The notes: generated by a model from the sequence alone, not told the origin. DNA of 64,000 nt from Candidatus Omnitrophota bacterium (GCA_029261065.1 JAJDCB010000030.1:260876-324875), one strand, 5' to 3'. Counted from the stretch's first letter, positions 9,150-19,252 are shown. A program made the numbers and translations.

Positions 9150-11123
9150 ATGAGTAAAACTCTTAAAATGATAAAGAAAGCCGGTCGTGTGGACCCATTA
9201 AAGGGAAAGGGGTCTGTTATTAACGAGTGTAGCTTGTTTTCAAAACAAGATATTTATCTTTTTAAAGAGGGAAAGCATTTTCGCCTTTATAATTTATTAG
9301 GATCTCATGCTACAGAGTATCAAGGAGTTACAGGAGTCTACTTTGCGCTTTGGGCTCCAAATGCCAAAAGTGTTTCTGTTATTGGCGATTTTAATGGTTG
9401 GAACAATACAACACACCCTTTATCAGCCCGTTGGGACTCCTCCGGTATTTGGGAGGGTTTCATTCCTCATATCAAAGATGGTGAAGTTTATAAATATCAT
9501 CTCATCTCGAAAAATAATAACTATTCCGTAGATAAAAAAGATCCTTTTGCATTTTATGATGAAATTGCACCTCGAACCGCATCACAAATTTGGACTGATA
9601 CGTATACATGGTCTGATAAAGAATGGATGAAGGAGCGTGGCGTTCATAATTCATTGGATGCTCCTATGGCAACATATGAAATGCATCTTGGTTCATGGCG
9701 AAGAAATGCGCAACGTGGTGATGATTATTTGTCTTATAAAGAGCTAGCTGTTGATTTGGTTAAATATATTAAAGAGATGGGATATACTCATCTTGAGTTT
9801 TTGCCGGTTATGGAACACCCCTTTTATGGCTCCTGGGGATACCAGACTGTAGGTTATTTTGCTCCCACAAGTCGTTATGGCCCTCCAGAAGATTTTAAGT
9901 ATCTTGTAGATCAATGTCATCAAAATGAAATTAGTGTTATTCTTGATTGGGTTCCTTCGCATTTTCCATCAGATCAACACGGGCTTTCTTATTTTGACGG
10001 CACTCATTTATATGAGCACGCCGATCATCGTAAAGGATTTCATCCGGATTGGAAAAGTCAAATTTTTAATTATGGTCGTGCTGAGGTTCGAGAATTTCTA
10101 ATCTCGAATGCTTTGTTTTGGTTGGATAAATATCATGTCGATGGACTTCGTGTCGATGCGGTGGCTTCGATGTTGTATTTAGATTATTCTCGTAAATATG
10201 GAGAATGGTTGCCTAATGAGACAGGTGGTAATGAAAATGTAGAAGCGATAGAGTTTTTAAAGGAGTTAAATGCGAATGTGTATAAAAACTTTCCTGATGT
10301 TCAAATGATAGCTGAGGAGTCAACCGCGTGGAGTGGTGTCTCGCGACCTGTAGATCATGGAGGTCTTGGATTTGGCATGAAGTGGAATATGGGTTGGATG
10401 CATGATAATTTAAAATATTTTGCTAAAGATCCAATTCACCGCAAATATCATCATCATGAATTAACGTTTAGTTATCTCTATACCTTTACAGAGAATTTTG
10501 TTAATGCTTTGTCTCACGACGAGGTTGTTCACGAGAAAGGTTCATTGCTTTCAAAGATGCCAGGAGATGATTGGCAGAAATTTGCCAACCTTAGGCTTTT
10601 ATACGCTTATATGTATGCTCATCCAGGAAAAAAACTTTTGTTTATGGGCTGTGAGTTTGCCCAATGGGATGAATGGGATCATGAAAAGAGTTTAGATTGG
10701 CATTTACTTGAGCATGCCCCTCATCAAGGTGTTCAGCAGTTAGTTAAAGATTTAAATGCGTTATATAAAACCAATCCTGCGTTATATCAATATGATTTTT
10801 CATCAGAAGGTTTTCAGTGGATTGATGGTGATAATAGTGATCAAGGAGTTATTTGTTTTGTGCGAAAGGGTAAGGATGCTAAGAAATCTATTGTTGTTGT
10901 TTGTAATTTGACGCCGGAAACTTATCACGATTATCGTATTGGAGTGCCGCATGCCGGTCAATGGAAAGAGTTGTTAAATAGTGATGCTAAGGAATATGGA
11001 GGGAGTGGCCAAGGAAACTTAGGGGTAAAAAAATCTGATCAAATTGCTTGGCATGGACAAATAAATTCGGTATCATTATCTATTCCGCCGTTAGGAATAT
11101 TATTTTTAAGTGCAAAGAATTAA
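9150..11123 (+). CDS. glgB: 1,4-alpha-glucan branching enzyme (GH13)
   Basis: Canonical GlgB blocks 'DGLRVDAVASMLYLDYSR' and 'EESTAWSGVSRP', CBM48-like N-terminus, 657 aa. Confidence 0.9.
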   Translation: MSKTLKMIKKAGRVDPLKGKGSVINECSLFSKQDIYLFKEGKHFRLYNLLGSHATEYQGVTGVYFALWAPNAKSVSVIGDFNGWNNTTHPLSARWDSSGIWEGFIPHIKDGEVYKYHLISKNNNYSVDKKDPFAFYDEIAPRTASQIWTDTYTWSDKEWMKERGVHNSLDAPMATYEMHLGSWRRNAQRGDDYLSYKELAVDLVKYIKEMGYTHLEFLPVMEHPFYGSWGYQTVGYFAPTSRYGPPEDFKYLVDQCHQNEISVILDWVPSHFPSDQHGLSYFDGTHLYEHADHRKGFHPDWKSQIFNYGRAEVREFLISNALFWLDKYHVDGLRVDAVASMLYLDYSRKYGEWLPNETGGNENVEAIEFLKELNANVYKNFPDVQMIAEESTAWSGVSRPVDHGGLGFGMKWNMGWMHDNLKYFAKDPIHRKYHHHELTFSYLYTFTENFVNALSHDEVVHEKGSLLSKMPGDDWQKFANLRLLYAYMYAHPGKKLLFMGCEFAQWDEWDHEKSLDWHLLEHAPHQGVQQLVKDLNALYKTNPALYQYDFSSEGFQWIDGDNSDQGVICFVRKGKDAKKSIVVVCNLTPETYHDYRIGVPHAGQWKELLNSDAKEYGGSGQGNLGVKKSDQIAWHGQINSVSLSIPPLGILFLSAKN

Positions 11124-11175
11124 ATTTAGATACATATAAATAATTTGTTTCTTTATTTTCTACAAGGAGGATGAC

Positions 11176-11508
11176 ATGAAAGATAAAGTCATTGAAGCAG
11201 CTGGGAAAACGTGGCAGTTTCTAGGCACCAACGGTGAAACTGATGTTAAGTCATTAAGTAAGGGTGTTAAAGAAAAAGAAGAAGTTGTTTACCAGGCGCT
11301 TGGTTGGTTAGCGAGAGAAGATAAGGTTGATTACTCGACGAAGGGAAGTAAGATATTTGTTTCTCTTATTCAGTCAGAGCTTGATACGTTTCGTCAAACA
11401 TTTGGTGAGACACAGAAGAAAGAAACAAAAAAAGAAACATCGCCCGTTGTTCGTCAAAAAGCTAAACAGCCAAGAGTAAAAAGAAGAGCTGCCAAAACAC
11501 GGATGTAA
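11176..11508 (+). CDS. Small winged-helix (DUF2582-like) protein with a Lys-rich tail
   Basis: 'AGKTWQFLGTNGETDV...VYQALGWLAREDKV' resembles the short wHTH family. RBS 'caaggagga' upstream. C-terminus is K/R-rich. Confidence 0.45.
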   Translation: MKDKVIEAAGKTWQFLGTNGETDVKSLSKGVKEKEEVVYQALGWLAREDKVDYSTKGSKIFVSLIQSELDTFRQTFGETQKKETKKETSPVVRQKAKQPRVKRRAAKTRM

Positions 11509-11541
11509 GAGATTAAATTAAAACAATGATTTCGAGACTTA

Positions 11542-13446
11542 ATGGCCAATCAATTTATTTGTATTCACGGACATTTTTACCAACCTCCCAGGGAAAATCC
11601 TTGGTTAGGTGTTATTGAACCCCAAGCATCTGCTTATCCCTACCACAATTGGAATCAACGCATTACAGATGAGTGTTATGCTCGTAATGCTGCCTCTAGA
11701 ATTCTAGATGCCGATCAGCGTATTAAACACATAGTTAATAATTATTCTCAAATAAGTTTTAATTTTGGTCCTACCCTTTTATCTTGGTTAGAGAAATTTT
11801 CAAATCATACCTATCAATCCATTCTTGATGCTGATCGATTAAGTCAAAAAAGATTTTCTTCTCACGGCTCTGCTTTGGCTCAAGTTTATAATCACATGAT
11901 TATGCCCTTAGCTAATAAAAAAGATAAGATGACTCAAGTTGTTTGGGGATTGCGTGATTTTGAACATCGCTTTAAACGAAAAGCAGAAGGGATGTGGCTT
12001 GCTGAATTAGCTGTTGATGAAGAAACGCTTGAGTGTTTGGCTTGCGAAGGTATTTGTTTTACCATTCTTTCACCGCGTTCTGCTAAAAGTATAAAAATGA
12101 TCGACCAAGATACTGCCTGGAAATCTGTCGATGAAGAATCGTTGGATATTACGATGCCTTATTTATGTCGTCTTTCATCGGGTAGGGAGATAGTTATATT
12201 CTTTTATGACGGTAAAAGATCATTAGAAGTTGCCTTTAAAGGATTGCTGAATAATGGCGAGTATTTTTCGGAGCGTTTATTGGACGGGTTTGACAGTACT
12301 TATAAAAAGCCTCAACTTATCCATATTGCAACGGATGGTGAATCATATGGACATCATCACAAATTTGGTGATATGGCTTTGGCGTATTGTTTATATCATA
12401 TCGAGAAAGAAAGTTTAGCTAGAATTGTAAATTATGGTCAATTTTTGGAGTTATGTCCTCCAAGCTATGAAGTCAAAATTGTGAATAACACTTCTTGGAG
12501 TTGTGAGCATGGGGTAGGGCGATGGGAACGCGATTGTGGATGTCATACGGGGGCTCAAGTGGGGTGGGATCAAAAGTGGAGAAAACCGTTACGAGAATCT
12601 CTTAATTGGTTGCGTGATCAATTAGGGGGTATTTATGAAAAAGAGATGTCCGTTTATGTGTCTGATGTTTGGAAAGCGCGCGACGAATATATTGAAGTTA
12701 TTTTAGATGCAACGGATAAACGTAAGAAAAAGTTTTTAAAGGCTATTAATGATAAACAAAAAATAAAGAATGATGAAAAAAAGATATGGTCGTTACTTGA
12801 AATACAATTAAATGCGCAATTGATGTTTACCAGTTGTGGCTGGTTTTTTGACGATTTAGCAGGGCTTGAGGCGACTCAGGTATTAAAATACGCAGCCCGT
12901 GCTATTGAGTTAGCACTTGATGTTAGTCGTGTTGATTTAGAACTTGCCTTTGTAAATCGATTAAAAAAAGCTAAGTGTAACGAAGCTGACATTGAAAGCG
13001 CTGCCCAAGTTTACGTAGAAGAAATACTACATCAAAATTTATGCTACTTATTAGGTCAAAAAGATCTAAATTTTTTACGTATTAGAAACATATTAGAGAT
13101 TATGAGCGGTTGGAATGTAGATCGTGATAAAGAGAACTTGCAATTTATCGCATCCCATAGAATTAGTGACATGGTAAATAACTTTTTCAAAAAAGATGAT
13201 TCTTTAGATCGCTTGTTAGCGATCGAATCTATGATTGAACAGTTAAATACCATAGACATCCAACTTGATTTATGGGAAACGCAAAATCTTTTTTTTAGAA
13301 TGGGCAAAGAACGTTATGATCAAAAAACAAAATCTCACCGAGGAACCGCTGAAAGTGAAAAATGGATTAAAGCCTATCAGCGGCTTGCCAAGTTGCTTTC
13401 CATTAAGATAAGTGGTGAACATAAAGTCGAACTCATAAAGGGATAA
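11542..13446 (+). CDS. Glycoside hydrolase family 57 protein (alpha-glucan processing; DUF3536-type C-terminus)
   Basis: N-terminal 'ICIHGHFYQPPRENPW' GH57 signature, 'EGMWLAELAVD' (catalytic Glu region), 'HIATDGESYGHHH'. Confidence 0.75.
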   Translation: MANQFICIHGHFYQPPRENPWLGVIEPQASAYPYHNWNQRITDECYARNAASRILDADQRIKHIVNNYSQISFNFGPTLLSWLEKFSNHTYQSILDADRLSQKRFSSHGSALAQVYNHMIMPLANKKDKMTQVVWGLRDFEHRFKRKAEGMWLAELAVDEETLECLACEGICFTILSPRSAKSIKMIDQDTAWKSVDEESLDITMPYLCRLSSGREIVIFFYDGKRSLEVAFKGLLNNGEYFSERLLDGFDSTYKKPQLIHIATDGESYGHHHKFGDMALAYCLYHIEKESLARIVNYGQFLELCPPSYEVKIVNNTSWSCEHGVGRWERDCGCHTGAQVGWDQKWRKPLRESLNWLRDQLGGIYEKEMSVYVSDVWKARDEYIEVILDATDKRKKKFLKAINDKQKIKNDEKKIWSLLEIQLNAQLMFTSCGWFFDDLAGLEATQVLKYAARAIELALDVSRVDLELAFVNRLKKAKCNEADIESAAQVYVEEILHQNLCYLLGQKDLNFLRIRNILEIMSGWNVDRDKENLQFIASHRISDMVNNFFKKDDSLDRLLAIESMIEQLNTIDIQLDLWETQNLFFRMGKERYDQKTKSHRGTAESEKWIKAYQRLAKLLSIKISGEHKVELIKG

Positions 13447-13447
13447 G

Positions 13448-15235
13448 ATGGAAGATCATATGTTAACAGGTTTAGCCAGTATAATATTGCTGGGTATTGG
13501 AGCGCAGTGGTTGGCGTGGCGTTTGCGTTTTCCATCCATTTTATTTTTACTTATTTTTGGGTTTTTAACAGGTCCAATTCTTGGATTCTTAAACCCCGAT
13601 GTCCTCTTTGGTGAACTTCTTCATCCTTTAGTTTCTATTTCTGTTGCCATCATTCTTTTTGAAGGTGGTCTCACCTTAAAATTGTCTGAACTTCATGATA
13701 TCGGGCATGTCATAAGAAATCTTATTACCGTGGGCGCATTAGTCACATGGGGTATTGCGGCTGTGAGTGCTCATTTTATTTTAAATCTCAATTGGGAAAT
13801 CGCAATTCTTTTGGGCGCGATTGTTATTGTAACGGGCCCAACTGTTGTGGGCCCTTTGTTACAACATGTGAGGCCTGTTGCGCGTGTGGCGAACGTTTTA
13901 AAGTGGGAAGGGATTACCATTGACCCGGTTGGTGCGTTATTAGCTGTTTTGGTATTTGAAGGTATATTACTTGAGAAGCTGCATCTCGCGGGTGGACATA
14001 TTTTTCTTGGGATTTTTAAAACAATTGTGATTGGAAGTTTAACGGGAGTCATTTTTTCATGGTTTCTTGTCTTTTTATTAAAGCGCTATTTAATCCCTGA
14101 TTTTTTGCATGAAGCCGTAACGCTTATGTTTGTCATTGGATCTTTTGTGTTATCCAATCATTTTCAATCAGAATCAGGATTGTTAACAGTCACGTTGATG
14201 GGGATTTTCTTAGCTAATCAAAAGAAAGTTACCGTAGATCATATTGTTCATTTTAAAGAAAATTTACGTGTGCTTATTATTTCTAGTTTGTTTATTGTTT
14301 TAGCGGCACAGCTAAAACCCTCAGATTTGAGTATTATTAATTTGCAGAGTTTTGTTTTCCTTTTTATTCTCATTTTTGTTGCAAGACCTTTGTCTGTATT
14401 TATATCAACTTATGGTTCCGAATTAACGTGGCAGGAAAGAGTTTTTATGTGTTGGATGGCTCCTCGAGGGATTGTAGCTGCCGCCATATCATCTTTGTTT
14501 GGTTATCGTCTGATGATGAATGGCCAGCCTCAGACAGAATATTTGGTTCCGATGACATTTATGGTTATTGTGGGGACAGTGACTATTTACGGATTAACTG
14601 CCGTTCCTGTGGCGCGTTGGTTAAAAGTAGCTCGTTTGGATGATCAAGGTGTTTTATTTATTGGGGCACATCGTTGGGCTAGAAAAATAGCCAAGGCGTT
14701 ACAAACAGAAGGGTTCGATGTTCTTATTGTTGATACGAATCGTAATAATATTATTGCCTCACATAAAGAGGGGTTAAATACTTATTATGGAAGTATATTG
14801 GAGGAGCGCGTTTTGGAGGGGATGGAGTTAGATGGAATAGGAAGTGTTTTGGCAATGACGTCAAATAATGAAGTCAATTCTTTGGCTGTGATTAAATTTT
14901 TAAGACAATTTGGTCGAGCTAATGTTTATCAACTTCCTTCAGAGGTGACCGACAAAGAAAAGAGTAAAGAAATGACGGACCAACATCAAGGTCGCCATTT
15001 TTTTAATGAATCGAGTACTTATGTCCAATTAACGGAAAGTTTTGCTAAGGGAGCGGTTGTTGAGAAAATTTTATTAACGGAAGAGTTTGATTTTAAAGCC
15101 TTTCAAACATCTAGCGAAGGTAAATCAACACCTTTGTTTGTAATTAAAGATAAAAAGAATTTAAGCGTCTTTACAGTCGAACAACCCCTTTCTCCTCAAG
15201 CCGGGGATGAGCTTATTTGTTTAGTAAGTCAATAA
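13448..15235 (+). CDS. Na+/H+ (cation:proton) antiporter, CPA1/NhaP type, with C-terminal RCK/TrkA-N regulatory domain
   Basis: 12 TM N-terminal transporter domain. C-terminal Rossmann 'VLFIGAHRWARKIAKALQTEGFDVLIVD'. Starts 2 nt after the GH57 stop. Confidence 0.75.
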   Translation: MEDHMLTGLASIILLGIGAQWLAWRLRFPSILFLLIFGFLTGPILGFLNPDVLFGELLHPLVSISVAIILFEGGLTLKLSELHDIGHVIRNLITVGALVTWGIAAVSAHFILNLNWEIAILLGAIVIVTGPTVVGPLLQHVRPVARVANVLKWEGITIDPVGALLAVLVFEGILLEKLHLAGGHIFLGIFKTIVIGSLTGVIFSWFLVFLLKRYLIPDFLHEAVTLMFVIGSFVLSNHFQSESGLLTVTLMGIFLANQKKVTVDHIVHFKENLRVLIISSLFIVLAAQLKPSDLSIINLQSFVFLFILIFVARPLSVFISTYGSELTWQERVFMCWMAPRGIVAAAISSLFGYRLMMNGQPQTEYLVPMTFMVIVGTVTIYGLTAVPVARWLKVARLDDQGVLFIGAHRWARKIAKALQTEGFDVLIVDTNRNNIIASHKEGLNTYYGSILEERVLEGMELDGIGSVLAMTSNNEVNSLAVIKFLRQFGRANVYQLPSEVTDKEKSKEMTDQHQGRHFFNESSTYVQLTESFAKGAVVEKILLTEEFDFKAFQTSSEGKSTPLFVIKDKKNLSVFTVEQPLSPQAGDELICLVSQ

Positions 15236-15274
15236 ATAGCCCATGGTTAACTACTTTTGTGTTAGGATAAATTC

Positions 15275-16564
15275 ATGAAATTTTATACAGATCTTCATCT
15301 GCATTCTTTTTATTCCCGCGCCACAAGTAAAAATTTAAACCTCGAGCATTTGCATCTTTGGGCACAAATTAAAGGGATCGATGTTGTTGGGACAGCTGAT
15401 TTTGTTCATCCTGGTTGGATGAAAGAGTTGGAGCAGAAGCTTGAGCCAGCTGAAGAAGGTTTTTTTAAGTTAAAACCAAAATATGTTAAGACAACCCAAG
15501 ATCAAGTGCCTAAAGCATGTCGTGCCGATGTGCGTTTTACCTTAACCGTTGAGATATCAAATATTTACAAAAGATTAGATCGTGTGCGCAAAGTACACAA
15601 TCTTCTTTATGCCCCCCATTTTAAAGCAGCCAAAAAAATTCAATCTCGTCTTGATGCTATAGGTAATATTAAATCAGATGGACGTCCTATTTTGGGATTA
15701 GATTCCAGAGATTTGTTAGAGATTACATTAGAATCGGATCCATTAAGTTATCTTGTTCCTGCACACATTTGGACGCCTTGGTTTTCTGCGTTGGGTTCCA
15801 AGGGAGGATTTGATCGCATCGAAGATTGTTTTGGCGATCTAACCAAACATGTCTTTGCCGTTGAAACAGGATTATCTTCTGATCCGTTAATGAATTGGAG
15901 ATTAAAACAATTAGACCCTTATGTTCTTGTTTCAAATTCGGATGCGCATTCACCCGCTAAATTGGCGCGTGAGGCGACGATATTTGATACGGAATTCTCT
16001 TATAGGGGTATTTATAACGCATTATCTGATCCAAAGAATAAAGGATTAAAGGGGACTCTTGAGTTCTTTCCTGAAGAAGGGAAGTATCATTACGATGGTC
16101 ATCGTGATTGCAAAACAAGATTGCATCCGCAAGAAACAAAAAATCATCAAGGATTGTGCCCTGTTTGTGGCAAGCCCGTTACGGTTGGTGTTATGGCACG
16201 AGTTGAGGAGTTAGCGGATAGACCTGAGGGTCAAAAATCGAAACGATGGCGACCGTATTTTAATTTAATTCCATTGCCCGAGGTTATTGCATCAGCCCGT
16301 GGCGTTGTTGGCTCAAATGGAAAAGCTGTTCAAGCTGTATTTTTTCAATTGTTATCCGAATTAGGGAATGAGTTATATATTTTGCAAGATGCGCCAATCG
16401 CTGATATAGAACGTGTGGCAGGTGATATGGTGGCCCAAGGTGTTAAGCGTATGAGAGAGGGGAAAGTTGATATAAAAGCAGGTTTCGATGGGGAGTATGG
16501 AAAAATCAATTTGTTCACAGAACAAGAGCGTGTTAAGAAAGCTGGACAACTCGCGTTATATTAA
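15275..16564 (+). CDS. PHP-domain protein, endonuclease Q-like (TIGR00375-type)
   Basis: N-terminal 'YTDLHLHSFYSRATS' PHP metal-binding motif, 'NSDAHSP' later PHP motif, putative Zn knuckle 'CPVCGKP'. Length ~430 aa, similar to EndoQ. Confidence 0.55.
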   Translation: MKFYTDLHLHSFYSRATSKNLNLEHLHLWAQIKGIDVVGTADFVHPGWMKELEQKLEPAEEGFFKLKPKYVKTTQDQVPKACRADVRFTLTVEISNIYKRLDRVRKVHNLLYAPHFKAAKKIQSRLDAIGNIKSDGRPILGLDSRDLLEITLESDPLSYLVPAHIWTPWFSALGSKGGFDRIEDCFGDLTKHVFAVETGLSSDPLMNWRLKQLDPYVLVSNSDAHSPAKLAREATIFDTEFSYRGIYNALSDPKNKGLKGTLEFFPEEGKYHYDGHRDCKTRLHPQETKNHQGLCPVCGKPVTVGVMARVEELADRPEGQKSKRWRPYFNLIPLPEVIASARGVVGSNGKAVQAVFFQLLSELGNELYILQDAPIADIERVAGDMVAQGVKRMREGKVDIKAGFDGEYGKINLFTEQERVKKAGQLALY

Positions 16565-16573
16565 AAGATAAAG

Positions 16574-18100
16574 ATGACTAGACCATCCTTTGATGTTAAT
16601 CCATCTCAACAACAAGCGATTAATCATAAGGCAAGTCATTTATTGATTGTGGCCGGTCCCGGCACAGGGAAAACGCACACCCTGGTTTTACGGATTATTT
16701 CAACTATTCCGCAGTTACAATCCAACCAAAAAATTTTAGCGATCACCTTTACAAATAAAGCCGCTCAAGAAATGCGTGAAAGGCTAATTAGTCATAATCC
16801 TTCCTTTATGGATAAGGTTACGATTGAAACTTTTCATAGTTTTTGTTTAAAATTCTTAAGACAACAAAAGATAGAGGATGAAGATTTCGAAATTATTTCA
16901 CCAGAAGAAATTTTAACTATCTCTGAGTCTATTTGGCCTAAAAAAACAATATCACAGAGAAATAAACTGTTACAAAAAGTTTCTCTTTGGAAGGCAAGTG
17001 ATTTTTCACAATCTCCTCCCGAGTACGTTCAACGGTATAATTCTTTATTGATCAAAAGAAAATGCATAGATTTTGATGATATCTTGTTAAGATTTTGGGC
17101 GCTACTATCAAAGCATAATGATGTGAAAGAACGGTTTCACGATCTCTACCGTTATATTTTTGTTGATGAATATCAAGATATTAATAAAATTCAGCATGCC
17201 GTTCTGAAATTGATGGTTGGAGAGGGTTGCTTATTAACAGCTATTGGTGATCCCCGTCAGGCGATATATGGTTTTCGTGGTTCGAATGCGAATTTGTTTG
17301 ATGCATTTCAAAATGATTTTCTTCCCACTAAAGTTATGTCATTGGACAAAAATTATAGGTCATCTTCGAATTTATTAAAGGCATCCTCTCAGGTTATAGC
17401 AAAGATGGCGGATGATAGTGATCCGCCTCTTGTTGCTCATATTCAAAAACAAGGACATCTTAGCGTTTATGAAGCATTAACCGAGAGTTCAGAAGCTGAA
17501 TACGTTGTTCATTCGATTGAAAAAATAGTAGGTGGAACAAGTATGTTTTCACAAGATTCTAAACGTGTTACGACACACGAAGATGGAGAGTTTGCTTTTG
17601 GCGATATTGCTGTGTTATATCGGTTAAATAGCCAAAGACATGCTCTAAAAAAAGCATTTGAGAGAAGTGGCATGCCATACCAAATTTATGGAAAGCAATC
17701 GAGTGAAGGGTATTATGACGAAATTTATCAAATGCGTCCAGAGCAGGTGGGCGGATTGGCGGGCGATAAAGTGTCTTTGATGACATTACACGCGGCAAAA
17801 GGTTTAGAGTTTTCAGTTGTTTTTATTGTGGGATGTGAAAACAATTTAATTCCTTTGCATATTGAAAACTTTGAATCCAATGTTGAAGAAGAGCGTCGTT
17901 TATTTTATGTAGGCATGACGCGAGCCAAACAGAGTCTTATCCTTACAAAGGCTAAAAACCGTTTTGTTTTTGGGAAAAAAGTAAGCAACGTAATCACCCC
18001 TTTCATTCATGATATAGAGGAACAATTGGAAAGGTATCAACAAAAGTCTTCGGCTCCTCAAAAGAAGAAAGAAGAGATTCAATTAACGCTTTTCGGTTAA
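16574..18100 (+). CDS. Short UvrD/Rep/PcrA-family (SF1) DNA helicase
   Basis: Walker A 'AGPGTGKTHTL', motif II 'VDEYQDIN', motif III 'GDPRQAIYGFRG', motif V 'TLHAAKGLEF', motif VI 'YVGMTRAKQSL'. Only 508 aa (no large 2B/C-terminal regions). Starts 9 nt after the PHP gene. Confidence 0.8.
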   Translation: MTRPSFDVNPSQQQAINHKASHLLIVAGPGTGKTHTLVLRIISTIPQLQSNQKILAITFTNKAAQEMRERLISHNPSFMDKVTIETFHSFCLKFLRQQKIEDEDFEIISPEEILTISESIWPKKTISQRNKLLQKVSLWKASDFSQSPPEYVQRYNSLLIKRKCIDFDDILLRFWALLSKHNDVKERFHDLYRYIFVDEYQDINKIQHAVLKLMVGEGCLLTAIGDPRQAIYGFRGSNANLFDAFQNDFLPTKVMSLDKNYRSSSNLLKASSQVIAKMADDSDPPLVAHIQKQGHLSVYEALTESSEAEYVVHSIEKIVGGTSMFSQDSKRVTTHEDGEFAFGDIAVLYRLNSQRHALKKAFERSGMPYQIYGKQSSEGYYDEIYQMRPEQVGGLAGDKVSLMTLHAAKGLEFSVVFIVGCENNLIPLHIENFESNVEEERRLFYVGMTRAKQSLILTKAKNRFVFGKKVSNVITPFIHDIEEQLERYQQKSSAPQKKKEEIQLTLFG

Positions 18101-18111
18101 ATATTATTACT

Positions 18112-19173
18112 ATGAAAAATAATAAGTCGGGTTTTATATTGTTAGCCGTATTATGGGCTCTTGTGATATTGACGATGTTAGCTCTAAGTCTAGGACGTAG
18201 CACAAATATTGATTTGGCTTTGACCAAACATGCCATAGGAAAATCTAAAGCTAAATATTTAGCTTGGGCCGGTATTGCTTTCGCTGTTGAACAAATTCGT
18301 TTTGATTCACAAGATGATGATACAAAAAATCAAGATACGTTATATCAATGTGCCGTAACACTAGATGAAGATACAACGCTTGAGGATAGATTTAAAAATC
18401 ATTCATTGGAAAGTGGATATTTTGATATCGTGTATCCCTATGAGGAAAATGGGATTAGCTATCATGCTTATGGTATGCAGGATGAAGAAAGGAAAATTAA
18501 TATCAATACGTTAACACCTCAAAATGTAAAAGTTTTTGTTAAATTGTTAGAAGTTATAAGTGTTGATGAAGAAATAGCTCAAACTATAGCTTACGCTGTA
18601 TTAGATTGGAAGGATGAAGATATCAATCTGTCCCATGAACTCTACGGTGCAGAAGATGACTATTATCAAAGCGCTGAGGGGTCGTATAAATCTAAGAATG
18701 CACCTTTTGACTCGATTGAAGAATTGACACTTGTTCGAGGAGTGGATGCTGATATATTTAAAAACTTGCGAAACTTTATTACAGTTTACCCTCAAACAGG
18801 AAATTTGAAAATTAATTTTAATACAGCCTCATCATCCGTTTTGCTTGGACTTGCAAAATCGGTAAGTGGACCTTTAACAAATACGGAAGACTCTGATGCT
18901 GATTCGTTAGTTGAAAAAATTATAGAATATCGTCGTGGGGAAGATGGTACACCATTTACGAGGGATGATCGTTTAGTTGAACTTAACAAACTTCCCCTAA
19001 ATGCAAAGGAACGGGTGCTTTCTTTAGCCATGAATCAATATAAAACAAATAAATCTGAATTTATTCGTGTTCGGGTTAAGGGTGTGGAACGTACAAGAGA
19101 AACCCAATCCGTATTAGAGGCTGTTATTCGAAGAAGTGATTTAACTATTGTGGAGTGGTTACGGGAAAATTAG
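18112..19173 (+). CDS. GspK-like minor pseudopilin (type II secretion/type IV pilus-related), orphan
   Basis: N-terminus 'GFILLAVLWALVILTMLALSLGRST' typical of GspK. C-terminal helix-hairpin-helix-like 'LKINFNTASSSVLLGL'. No other gsp/pil genes nearby. Confidence 0.55.
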   Translation: MKNNKSGFILLAVLWALVILTMLALSLGRSTNIDLALTKHAIGKSKAKYLAWAGIAFAVEQIRFDSQDDDTKNQDTLYQCAVTLDEDTTLEDRFKNHSLESGYFDIVYPYEENGISYHAYGMQDEERKININTLTPQNVKVFVKLLEVISVDEEIAQTIAYAVLDWKDEDINLSHELYGAEDDYYQSAEGSYKSKNAPFDSIEELTLVRGVDADIFKNLRNFITVYPQTGNLKINFNTASSSVLLGLAKSVSGPLTNTEDSDADSLVEKIIEYRRGEDGTPFTRDDRLVELNKLPLNAKERVLSLAMNQYKTNKSEFIRVRVKGVERTRETQSVLEAVIRRSDLTIVEWLREN

Positions 19174-19252
19174 AAAATACAATCATGAAATGAAGTTATA
19201 GATTAGAGTGTGTTTCTCTTATTGCAAGCTTATGGGGTGTGGAGTTGTAAAT

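Noticed and set aside
15275-18100. Considered whether the PHP + UvrD-like pair is a Gabija system (GajA-GajB)
   Set aside because: GajB is a short UvrD-like helicase of similar size, but GajA is an ABC-type ATPase fused to a TOPRIM nuclease. The upstream protein here has no Walker motifs and is a PHP-domain protein, so it is not Gabija. I kept it only as a generic nuclease-helicase candidate.
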